NCBI RefSeq assembly: GCF_000143415.4
Contig: NW_003314310.1
Location: forward strand, 487,236-551,235
Direction of reading: 5' to 3'
Length of the DNA: 64,000 nt
DNA from: Selaginella moellendorffii
Taxonomy: Eukaryota > Plantae > Lycopodiophyta
Position numbers and translations under genes: made by a program. Under the pieces are notes generated by a model that made no database searches, was not told the DNA's origin, and was given only the letters and a program-made list of their open reading frames with translations. Shown piece by piece: positions 1 through 10,659 of this stretch. The stretch's first letter is position 1; each line of letters opens with the position of its first letter.

Positions 1-748
1 GCTAGCTGGATTGATGTTGGCAGATTTGTGATGTTGTTTGTTGTGCTGTATTCTTGTGGAGACGACCATTGCCTTCTGGAAGAGCTGTGAGAACGTCTAG
101 CTAGCCCTAAACCCTAAACGGTTAAGCGGATTGATGCTTCGATATTGTTGTTCAAAGGATGCAAAGTACAACTACCAGCCAAATGATACTTGTGAGGGCT
201 TCCAGCAGATACTTAGTCAAGTGGCTTTCTTTTCACTTACAAATCATGGGGATAGTTTTTGATAATGAGAGCTTAGATCAGGGTTTGGAACAAATAGTTG
301 GAAATCCTGTCAAAGTTTATCAATAGCTCTTGTGAGTGCTATCAACTAGCCTGCATATGTTGTATGTCATCATGCATTTTTAATGGCGAAGAATTTGTTT
401 GTTTTGTCTCAAGATATTTGGATATGCTTTTTATACTTGAATCTTCTGCTTTCTTTAAATTTTGAATTTTCATATTATTTAGAACTAAAGATAATATATT
501 TCTTGGTTTTTGGTGTGCCGCTGCTGCGAGGAAAGCCGTCCAATCTCGTCAATAACCGTCTTTGCTAGATAACTTTATAAATATGTATAGACTGTCTATA
601 GTATATAGCAGAGATGTATATATAGAGTTTATACAGTAACTATCTTAAAAAACTATATTTGTTGTTTTCACAAATTAATCTTCTTTACTGGAAACATTTA
701 TTTAAGTTTCAAAATATCAGAGTTATGGTAGATATGTTTATCTTGGTT
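1..748 (+). repeat. Left copy of long inverted repeat (pairs with 8539-9151); may continue beyond the window start
   Basis: Reverse complement of 8539-9151 matches block by block (gctagctgga..ttgatgttggcagat; gatagtttttgataatgag; caagatatttggatatgctttttatacttg; agttatggtagatatgtttatcttggtt). The left copy has extra blocks at ~55-103, 326-409 and 516-568. Confidence 0.93.
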
Positions 749-985
749 AGAATTTATAATTTTTAAAATTTTGATTTTAAGTTTGCTATCAATTTTAGAA
801 CTAGTCTAAATTTTGGTGTGTAATGGATTTAGTTAATGTAGTGTAGCCTTTTTGTCATTGAAAAAATTAGTAGAAGGTTATATCATCTATAGTTTTGGTC
901 ATGGATATGAATTCTTTTTTAAAAAATGAAGCTAATAATCAATAATATATTTAAAAATTACATAATACTATTATAAATAATGATT

Positions 986-989
<4 letters not shown>

Positions 990-1040
<51 letters not shown>
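990..1040. repeat. (TA)n microsatellite
   Basis: About 25 perfect TA units. Confidence 0.98.
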
Positions 1041-1043
<3 letters not shown>

Positions 1044-1239
1044 AAAAAAGATAAACGCAATAGAAGATAATGCAGTTATTTTAGATATATTAATGTATCT
1101 AAATAAATTACCTTCTATGATACTTTGGGCTTCCACAATAATAAAAATATGCAATCATTATCAAAAGAACTGTTAGCATTAGTTTTAACCTTAAAACCCA
1201 TTTACACTTGATAGCTTTTTGTTTGTGGAACTAATTATC

Positions 1240-1560
1240 AAGCACCTTTTATAAGCACAATGTTATAAATGGGCAATGTCAAAACTCCTTCCAAGGTAAA
1301 TGCCACACTCGTCCCCCGTCGAAGCACCTGGAAAACATACACAATTTAGTTTGGATGATCAGAGAATCACAGCATATCTCAATATAATTCTTGTAGTTGC
1401 ATTTTCTGTCTGGGTTCGTTATAGGAGCCTGAGGATTGTGAATGCACATGTACTTGTGTCTTCCAACCTATTTGAATCAGAAATTTTTGATATATTCTTG
1501 AGCCAAGGGGGCTGGTGTGCATGGATTTTCCAGCGTTGTTGAGAACAAGAATTTGATGAC
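1240..1560 (-). pseudogene. Unidentified decayed gene fragment, head-to-head with the CR gene
   Basis: Minus frame FSTTLENPCTPAPLAQEYIKNF*FK*VGRHKYMCIHNPQAP..NYIE, then an intron-like block ending ttttccag, then VLRRGTSVAFTLEGVLT. The stops are consistent with C>T decay. Confidence 0.3.
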
Positions 1561-1799
1561 CAACAAACACCCCAGGGTTTACAACATACACACATCTCTC
1601 ATACACTAGAAAAACATATACACTTCCTTGATCAATCACAACATGAAAGAGTTCGACTATCTATATAGCCGCAACATTTATGTAATTTTTATTTAAAATA
1701 TTTTTTTCATTCATTTTTTAAGCTTCTATACATATTTTTATATACATATTTGGATAGAACTTTAACTCCATAATATTTATAAGTATAAGCTCTAAGCTT

Positions 1800-1915
1800 T
1801 CACCACGAACCCTAAAATTTCCAGAGAAAGCCCTAATAATCTATTGATCTGACGGCTGTCGTTGGTTGAACGGTGACGATTGTTTCCAAAGACCTAATGT
1901 TAGGGTTTTTACGGC
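1800..1915 (+). promoter_or_regulatory. Telo-box-rich proximal promoter of the CR gene
   Basis: aaccctaaa (~1808), agccctaa (~1829), gatctgacggctg (~1846) and ttagggtttt (~1900) lie just upstream of ATG 1928. The same motif type precedes housekeeping genes in this window. Confidence 0.5.
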
Positions 1916-1927
1916 GGCGAGAAAGCT

Positions 1928-4919
1928 ATGGACGCCTCTTCATCTAGAAAGCGAGAGCCGGATGAGGAGAAGATAAAGCGACTTAAAACAGGTGAGATTG
2001 TTCATGTGAAACGTCGTCTGCAGCTGGCACGTAAGGAAATTTCACGCCTTGGAATCAAATTGTGGGAAGCCGGGGAGGATGCCGAACTAAAGGAGCAGAT
2101 AGCCTCAGAGAAAGTGCGGGCGAGTCAACTCCAGGATGATGTGTCGAAACTGGAACGCGAGCTCTCTGAAATCCTCCAGCCGCCACCTGAATACTGGAAA
2201 AGAGTGGAGGGTATTGCCGAATCAGCATTTGCGCAGGAGTACCAAAGAGTTGGGGGATTAGACAACGTGGAGTCGTTGCGTGAGAAGCTGGAAGAAACAG
2301 GAGACATGTGGAAGACGAAGAAAGCCATGATAGCACCTGTTGTCACGTTAGTTCAGTCGAGTGGCTGGGGAAAGTCGAGGACTACCTGCGAGCTTGCGAA
2401 TTTAGGTGTGTTCGTCATCTACTGCTCATTCGCTTCATCTGGCACCGCATACCCTCCAAGGTCTGCCTTTGCGGACTTCTTCTACACAAACGCCGTCAAA
2501 TTGCTCAGCTCGGGTTCTACGTTGTCGCAGAGCAGGTTCATGCTCTTCTGCATTGACTACTTTGTGTCATGCATCGAGGCTCTTCTGCATCTGACTTCCG
2601 GGGAGGACCCCATGGATGCCAAGAAGTTCTTGAACGATCTCATGGTTGGGAAGAACTTTTGGGACGTGGTACAGGCGAAGATGGAGATAGGAAACGCAGC
2701 CCGGGAGGAGTTTGCTAATCGCCTTGACGTCGACCTGAAAGAGAAGCCTGGCGAGAAAACCAATATGTGGGGCATCTGGGAAAGTAAGGTGTTTAAGAAG
2801 TACAACACGCTTGAAGGTCTACTGTCAAATGTTCCAGCTCCTGCCAAAGGAAAACTGAAGGTCCTGTTTGTCATGGACGAAGCCCGATGGTTTACTTTGC
2901 ATGCTGATCTGACAACTGTTGCTGCATTTGTTCCTGCAAGGAGGGCTTCCAGGGTGTTGCCTGAAGATGGAAGTGTGTCGGTGATGTTCACCGACACAAA
3001 CGGGAGGCTAAACAATTTTGTGCCGCCCAATAAGGCATCCGGTTTAGGGTTTAGTAGCGATCGAGTGGCTGCGGCGGGAAAGCTAGTTGCACATCCAGCG
3101 TATTGCTTTTTCTTGGCAGACTTGCCATCGGACGAACAAACAGGTGGCCTTCTGCTTGCTCAAGTTGAAGATCTGGGTCGTCTTTGCGGCTATGGTCGGC
3201 CACTGTGGCAAGCATTGGTGAAGGCTTCCGCAAGTGCACGTGACGTGCTGCTTTTGGCTGTAGATAAGCTCCTGGGTGGCACTGGTTCGTTCAACAAGTG
3301 TATGCTTGAAAGAGGAGGTTTATCACATGAGGCTTGTCTGGCTACACTGGGCTGCAGAGTATGCATCGACATCAATCCGCATGCCACAATTATCACTGAT
3401 ATGGTTGCAAGTCACCTACTTAGCGTGATGTCCATTTCTGATGACCAGACTCTTGTTTGGACGCATTGGGCTACGGAGCCACTGGTTGCAGCGGCTGCAG
3501 CACGGGTTTTGCGTGCACAAGGGAAGGTTGGGACAGGGTGGAAGGAGTGCTTGGAGGCACTTGTAACTGGGATGAAGCGTGGATGGGTTGATCGAGGTTA
3601 CAGGGGCGAGTTGGTTGCACGGGTGCTGCTACTTCTTGCAGTGGACAGTCTAGACAGAGATTCATGGAAGTGCTTTACTTTTGACGAGCTTTGCCGTGGC
3701 TTAAGTGGGAAGTCACTGTCCGATCTTATTAGAGAAGGTGAGCAGAATTCAGCATCTCCGACCCCCAAAGCTCCAGGTGGTGGAGGAGAAGTGCAGGTCG
3801 AAGTAAACATGCCACCACCTCCGGCCTGGGCTTTGAAGCGTAGGGGAAGCAGGGTTAAAGTAAACAAAAAAATTCGGGGTCAGCCTCAGGTGGCTTCAGC
3901 GTCCCTGTCCAAAGCTCCAGGAGAAAAAGCGCAGGTCAAAGTAAAGACGCCGCCACCTGATGTGAAGTTGCCATCTCCAACGCTGACGGCCTCGAAAGCT
4001 CCAGGTGGAAGTACGCACAATGCTGAAGGTGAAGGGGAAACAAAACAAGCAGGTGGCTCTATAGATGGAAGTGGTAAAGAAGAAATCCACAGAAACATGG
4101 GTGAAGCCAAGTTTTTTTGCTTGCTATTCAGGAAAACCGACTTCCAACTGCAGGAGCTCACCGCAAAAGATTTGCTTGAATTTGGAAAGGCTGGCGTAGG
4201 AATCATTTGCCGTGAAAATGAATGGGGCATAGACATCGTCATCGTTGGGTTCTTTGGTGACACGTTTAGCCTGGAGACGATGACACTCATTTTGGTGCAG
4301 GTGAAACACAGAGAGAAACATGATGTTGATTTAGCATGTGCTAAATGCTCTCCGGAGTTTTCTCAGATGTTCAGTAGCAGTGCAGGGCCTCAAGGTTGGA
4401 CTGGGTTGAAGGTGCCATATGCCAGTCTGGTTTTGAATGTATGTGCCTTCCAGCAGTGTTCGTTACAGAACTAGGAAACTTGTCACAGAGGCATTGCTGA
4501 AGAAGAAGCCTGCAAATCATTCCATGGCAATGGCTCTCCATGACGCTGATCCGGAATGCAAAGGCCTTCAGGAATGGACAAAAGGCTATGATGGGGATAG
4601 ATCACACCCGGTATTCAAGTCATGGGAACGGTATTTTGCTTCAGATGATCATCTCCAACACATTGTGGTCATTGAAGGTATGTTTGTGCTGTTTCATTTT
4701 CAATCACTTGATGTTATCTTTTGCACTCCAGGTTTGGATGCATTCTCATCCAAGGACAATGTGAAAGACCTGGTCGACATCTCTCTGGATTCTACTGCAG
4801 ACATGAGGAAACTAGAACAAGTTCAGAAGACGTATGCACATAGAATGTTTGGATGGGTTAAGAACACGGCAATGCGCAAGTGTTTGGAGCCAAAGCTCAG
4901 TGTGAAAAAGAGCAAGTAA
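1928..4919 (+). CDS. Crinkler/RHS (CR)-type protein: coiled-coil header + STAND/CDC6-like P-loop NTPase + C-terminal PD-(D/E)xK restriction-endonuclease-fold nuclease
   Basis: 848-aa ORF with Walker A VQSSGWGKSR, Walker B LFVMDEAR, family blocks GRPLW, EPLVAAAA and GYRGELVARVLLLLAVD, and nuclease core GIICRENEWGIDIVIV...ILVQVK. It continues in ORF 4437-4919, which has an in-frame 54-nt GT-AG intron (4678-4731). The junction near 4439-4490 needs either a rare GAG acceptor or a frameshift. Confidence 0.8.
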
Positions 4920-4959
4920 AATTGAGAATTTTCTTGAGAAATAATTTTTATTGGTAGAC

Positions 4960-6250
4960 CTGTTAAGGTGTCAAGATGAGATCACTAGATGATCTTCTGG
5001 TTAAACAAGGACAAAGGTCTTTGTTTAGGTCAAAGAATAAGATTCTTAGTTCAAAGTATTGATTTAAACTATTGGTAATGGTGTGGCTTGATCAAGGTGA
5101 TCCACTTAAAAGGAAATCAATTGTGCAGATACAAGATATATTGAGTTCAAGAAAATAGTCTCTAGGAAAGACCCATGGGAGGGTTACAAAGTTGGGTTAT
5201 GGACGAAGCCCATAGCAGAAAATGCTAAAAAGACCAACTAAGGGTGAGCACCCTCTGAACTTGGCAAAGTACAATCTTTGCCATGGAACCAAAAGAATAT
5301 CTTAAAAATGGAGGTAGTGATCCTATGTTATTTGGTACAACAATCAATAGATATGAGTAAAAGACTAGTGGCCAAATGTGGGCCATGAAATTCATTAGAA
5401 GAAATCCAAATCGCAAAGTTAGGCAAGAAACAAATGCTAATGCATTGTGGAAAAGGAAGTGTGTTTCCAAGGATGGATTCTTAAATGTTTTAATTTGGCA
5501 AAGGTGAAAGCTCTAAGGGAGGGAGCAGCAAAGTAGCCAAATGATAGGGCCGTGGATAGCTCTAGCACAACTTACGATAGTTGGAATTTAGTGCTTAAAG
5601 GTGGTACGAAATAGAAAAAAGGATGATGGTGCCCTCAAGTTAGGATGGGGAAGTGGAGTTTGCACAATATATACAATAAAAGGTGTTAGAGACACTTAGG
5701 AAATTGACTTTGAGAAGTCAAGATTAAAGATTCTAAAGTGGAATGGTTATATCGATAGAAGTTGAGACTACTCAAGAATGAATAGTGGGATTGAGATAGA
5801 GAAGGTGTCTTTAAAGGGTTTAACAAAAACTAAACCAACAAAAGGGAGAAAACCACCACAAATGGTCAATCAAGTCTTTACATTATAGAGATTATGCTTC
5901 TTAGAGGATGGAGAAGGTATGGTAAGCCTTCAATGTCAAACCATTAACGAATATTGGCTAGGTGCCAAGGATGGAAGGGGTAATACATGGTTGTGTTACT
6001 TTATAAAATGGTTTACCATTCAATAAGGACATCAAACTTTGTCTATGGGTGGTGGAGTTGTGAGACATTAATCCCAAAGTCCCAAAAGTGGAGCCAAAAG
6101 GGTGCCATGTAGTAGTGGCCGAAGCGGAAACCAAACGAGTGCAACACATTTGGACTAAAAGCTTTGACTTGAAAAGTCGAGAGTGGGAGTAGAACTCCCC
6201 AAAGAAGGGCTTGAGGAAAAAGGTCAAAACAAGCAATAAATGAGTCTCTA
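4960..6250 (-). mobile_element. Degenerate retroelement remnant (possibly a LINE C-terminal zinc-finger region)
   Basis: CpG-depleted; the minus frame has many TAG/TAA/TGA stops typical of C>T decay; CxxC (YCIYCAN..E) near 5660. Confidence 0.4.
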
Positions 6251-6261
6251 GAAAAGGGACA

Positions 6262-6792
6262 TGAGATGGACCTAAGATGAACCCGAGATGGAGTCCGAGA
6301 TGGAGTCTAAGATGGATCCGAGATTCTCAAACTCCATCTTGGATTCCATCTCGGACTCCATCTTAGACTCCATCTCGGATCCATCTCAGATCTATCATGG
6401 ACTCCATCTCAGACTCTATCTCGGGTCCATCTTGAACTCCACATGGAGTCCGAGATGAACCTGAGATGGAGTCCAAGGTGGAGTCTGAGATGGACCCGAG
6501 ATGGAGTCCAAGATGGGGTCCGAGATGGAATCCAAGATGGAGTCCAAGATGGACCCGAGATGGAGTCTGAGATGGACCTGAAATGGAGTCCGAGATGGAC
6601 CTGAGATGGAGTCTGAGTGGAGTTTGAGATGGACCTAAAATGGAGTCCGAGATGGACCTGAGATGGAGTCTGAGTGGAGTCTGAGATGGACTTGAGATAG
6701 AGTCTGAGATGTGGAGTCCAAGATGGAGTCTGAGATGGACCCAAGATGGAATCCGAGATAGAACCGAGACCAAGTCTGAGTCCGAGTCCGAA
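6262..6792. repeat. Minisatellite of 11-12 bp units (GAGATGGAGTCC / GAGATGGACCC), partly inverted at ~6330-6440
   Basis: Roughly 40 degenerate units are visible. The reverse-complement block (ggactccatctc) sits inside the array. Confidence 0.95.
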
Positions 6793-6940
6793 TACTAATA
6801 CAGGCTGTTGGGTGAAAGCCCAAAGTATTCGTCCCCCGGGGGGGGTGTAGGGGTTCCAAAAGTATAGTAGGGATAGTGTGGGGGTTGGACCCCAGTGGAG
6901 CCAATTTGGCTAGAAAAGGCTAGTTTGGCCCAGTTTGGCC

Positions 6941-7790
6941 ATACCAGCTGTTGGGTGATGAGATAACTATTAGGAAGTTCAAGGCTAGAGTGAATACAGA
7001 CTGATAAGTGGGGTAGTTTGGTGAAGTGTTCAAGAGCCGGCTATAATTCCCTCGAGAGATTTAATGGTTGATGCTCTTAGTCCAAGCATGGGTGGCACTA
7101 CCTACTTGGATACCTAGTGTGGCTCAACGGAACCTCACTCTAAGCCCATGGTTAAAGCACTCAAAGACAGAAGGTGGGGAGAGTACCTATGAGGCTTGCG
7201 TAGGGCCACGGTGTTCTAAAATGTTGTATTAAAGTCCCAAACTATGGAAAAGAAGAGAAGTGATCCTTTGGTGTAGTGACCAAGGATACGTTCATATGGT
7301 GAGGAAGTCCCAAAGGACAATGGGACTTAATGGTCGGGCTTGTGGGCTTTGTCCTAGTGGTGGTGTTGGCGAACACCACCATGGACAGAAAAGGGATTTG
7401 GTGGGGACTGTAAAAGGGATATTGGGGAAGGGTATTCCCTATGTATGTGGGCATCTTAAAGATGCTAAGGAGTGGATCTAAGATAGTTACTCATGGACGG
7501 ATGGCCAAGTCTTTGAGAGACGGGATTGCGATGCAGGTGGTGTTGGACCATTGGTGTGACCAAGGTGAATGGGCATGGCCTTAGCGTAATAGGCTGGTAT
7601 AGTGGTGGTACCTTGGGGTGTCGGTCATGGGATTAGACATGTGGAGCACTTGGACTAAGTGCAAAGGTTGAGTGGTATGGATGCCATTCTTGGGGCTAGT
7701 AAGCCCTAAGTCCTGAATTAGACTTATGGATGTTGTGAATGAGACTCCTCTAAATGGTCGGAGGTGTGGTTAAGTGATTAAAGTCGAATG
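6941..7790 (-). mobile_element. Probable LTR fragment with short Met-type PBS
   Basis: Minus strand reads ...catcacccaaCA-gc-TGGTAT; non-coding C-rich sequence similar in style to the LTR at 62421+. Confidence 0.4.
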
Positions 7791-8520
7791 GAAAAATTAA
7801 TCACTTACAAAAGCTTTTAGCATCATTCACAAGTGGGGGCATGCTTTCAACCCAAAACTCTGGTAAAAGTGACTCAACCTTTGGAACAGGGGAATACTCA
7901 ACACTAAAACTGATCAAAGACTCTATCAACAAAAAAAAAGCAAGATTTTCAACTTCATGGACACACTCAACATCCAAATAGTATAAGGAAGATAGAAAAC
8001 ACTCAACTTAACACTGGACTGAGAATAAGAATCATGAGAGTTACAAATTATTGACATGCTAGGAGAAGATGTAGATGAGGAAGAAATACTAAGAATATAA
8101 GAAGGTGGCTCATGCCAAGAAAAAAAAAAAAAGGTTAGAAAAAAGGAGAAGGGAAAGAGAAATGATCAAATGGCAGATTAAAAGATTGACACCTACCCCG
8201 TGAAATCTCCACTTCATCTCCAAAGCTATCTCCATAATAATCAAGTTCATTATCACACTCTGGAATCCATTTGAGCTTGTACACATTATCTTCCTATAAA
8301 CTTGATCCTTAAACATTCTCCAAAAATTGGATTGCATCATCCAAAACTCGCCAATCAATGTCACAATTACACTTTATATCAGCGGGAGATGGCAAAATAC
8401 TGAGAATAGGACAAACTGTGTAATCATGTCCCATGGAAGCTGGAAATGGCAACACATCAAGGATAGGTGCAATACCAACATGATTACACCAAAAGTTTAG
8501 GATTTCTTGGTTATTTGCTC

Positions 8521-9170
8521 AGAGACTCAGAGACTAAGAACCAAGATAAACATATCTACCATAACTATGATATTTTGAAACTTAAATAAAAGTTTCCAGT
8601 AAAGAAGATTAATTTGTAAAAACAACAAATATAGTTTTTTAAGATAGTTCCTGCATAAACTCTATATATACTGTATTCTCATCTCTGTTACATAATATAG
8701 ACAGTCTATACATATTTATAAAGTTATCACCAAAAACCAAGAAATATATTATCTTTAGTTCTAAATAATATGAAAATTCAAAATTTAAAGAAAGCAGAAG
8801 ATTCAAGTATAAAAAGCATATCCAAATATCTTGTATTGATAAACTTTGACAGGATTTCCAACCAGAGCCATGGCTATTTGTTCCAAACCCTGATCTAAGC
8901 TCATTATCAAAAACTATCCCCATGATTTGTAAGTGAAAATAAAGCCACTTGACTAAGTACCTACTGGAAGCTCACAAGTATCATTTGGCTGGAAGTTGTG
9001 CTTTGCATCCTTTGAACAACAATATCGAAGCAGTCTCTCAATCCCCCGTGCTTAACCGTTTAGGGTTTAGGGTTTAGGGTTAGCTAAACCCAGAATACAG
9101 CACAACAAACAACATCACAGATCTGCCAACATCAATATATTTCCAGCTAGCAACAAGTCTCTGAGTTTTT
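8521..9170 (-). repeat. Right copy of long inverted repeat (8539-9151), itself bounded by short 11-15 bp inverted ends; contains (TTTAGGG)3
   Basis: actcagagact at 8525-8535 versus agtctctgagt at 9156-9166; telomeric run at 9059-9083; homologous to 1-748. Confidence 0.9.
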
Positions 9171-9518
9171 CTTTTCAAACAATGCAAGTTGCATCCATTT
9201 CCTGAGTAGAAGCTGCTTTTAAAGTATTTATCTCATGCCCAAGCAACTCTTCTTCTTCCTTCTTGAATGAACAATTGTAAGTAGTGTAACAATGATAGCA
9301 TGGTCTGACTAGCTGCTTCTTTGAAATGTTTGACTCTGATTGCTACACAAGTGTGCTTTACTATGTTTTGATATCTGATAGTGTTATTACTTTTTAAATG
9401 CATGTTCAAATTTCTTTATATTTGCAGTTGAGTACTGGCTGTGTATTGATACCTCCCACTTTGAACAGCACGTCCTGTAAACTCTGTATTATTATATAAT
9501 ATAAACTATTTAGGTGTT

Positions 9519-9960
9519 ACATATCACTCACATGAACACTTACCATTCTGGAAAAAGTGACAACTGTTGACTGTGATTATGGCTGAGAAAGATCTCTAGT
9601 TGCATCATGGCAATTGATACACATTCTAATAAATTTTATGATAAGAATTACTTTCTCAGGTTTAGTATGCCCAAAAGCATACTTTAGAGATTTTAGTTTG
9701 CTGTGCATACAACCTCCATACTCTGTCAACTTATTTTCCTTATTTCCACATCTCAAATCTGGCCAAAATTCATGTACTTTGCCATTATCATCACTCCAGA
9801 AACTTACTCCTTGTTTTTTCAATGCCTTTTGTTCTTTCCTTTCACGTTCTGTCCCTTGCTTTTCTTTGAACATACTTAATGTTTCATAAATATCTTGCAT
9901 CATAACATAAGCAGATGCATCAGTTTTATCAGCTTTTACAATAACTTTAAATGCTAACTG
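9519..9960 (-). pseudogene. E/DYW deaminase-domain pseudogene fragment (AT-rich, atypical)
   Basis: ASAYVMMQDIY (E-domain-like), KKQGVSFWSDDNGKVHEF (PG box), HSKLKS..IIKFIRMCINCHDATR (HxE/CxxC-like), then after a frameshift IITVNSCHFFQNGKCSCE*Y, matching the canonical HHFKDGKCSCGDYW end. Confidence 0.85.
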
Positions 9961-10039
9961 AGCCACTTTACGCGAGGATGATCTCTTATGCCGGAGTCGT
10001 TCGGAGCCTGAGGCTAGCACGCATCTGGTTCCAAAGGCA

Positions 10040-10659
10040 AGGGGCTCAAGCAATCGACGAAGTGCTGCAACGCTCTCATCCTCGCCTACGCCAAGAAAGG
10101 TGACGCTTAAACCGCACTCTCCATCCTCGAACAGATGAAAGCCTTCCGTAAGGGGTGCTCGCCAAACGCAGTCACGTACTACATCCTCATCGCCATGTTT
10201 GCGAGGTTGGGGGATGCGCCAGGCCTTGCAAATCTCCTGGGCGACAGCAAGTGCTCGAGCTTCCGTCCCGATGCCATGACTTACAACACTCTCCTCTGCG
10301 GCTACTCGAAGATGGGAATGCCGGAGGATTTCGACAAGACACACAGGGAAATGGTGGAGGAGGAGGAGGAACTTAGCAAGGAGAGCTACAACGCATTGCT
10401 CGTTGGATACCCGTGGCTGGATCGTCTCGACGAGCTCCAGCGCTGTGTGGGGGCGATGCTAGCCAGGGAGATGAGTCTGGCATCGCCACTGGTGGCGGAA
10501 GAGATCGCCAAGGCTTACAGAAGAAATGGATGGGTGGAAGGATTGGACACGGTGATCCAGCTTGAGGAAAAAAGTCCCGGGATTTCTCCAACGTTCCAAA
10601 GCTTTGTAAATGCTTGCAATGACGATTTAGAAAAAAAGGAGGCGCTTGTTTCAAGATAA
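10040..10659 (+). pseudogene. P-class PPR gene fragment
   Basis: CNALILAYAKKGDA*TALSILEQM..CSPNAVTYYILIAMFARLG..RPDAMTYNTLLCGYSKMG: 35-aa P motifs with an internal stop and no intact 5' end. Confidence 0.8.

Noticed and set aside
383-568. ORFs 383-568 (+) and 8639-8923 (-) sharing QDIWICFLYLNLLLSLNFEFSYYLELKIIYFLVFG
   Set aside because: Identity comes from the DNA-level inverted repeat; the AT-rich spurious ORFs have different ends.
516-568. Precise intron gain or loss between IR copies
   Set aside because: Removing a GT..AG-bounded segment does not exactly reproduce the right-copy sequence.
6363-6904. Repetitive ORFs (SISDSISG / HLRLHL)
   Set aside because: Translations of a minisatellite with mixed 11/12-bp units that shift frame.
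9059-9083. True telomere or chromosome end
   Set aside because: Only ~3 units, internal; single telo-boxes elsewhere are ordinary promoter motifs.
9577-10344. 255-aa ORF as a single gene
   Set aside because: Chimeric: the N-half is antisense to the P-class PPR fragment and only the C-half is E/DYW-like.
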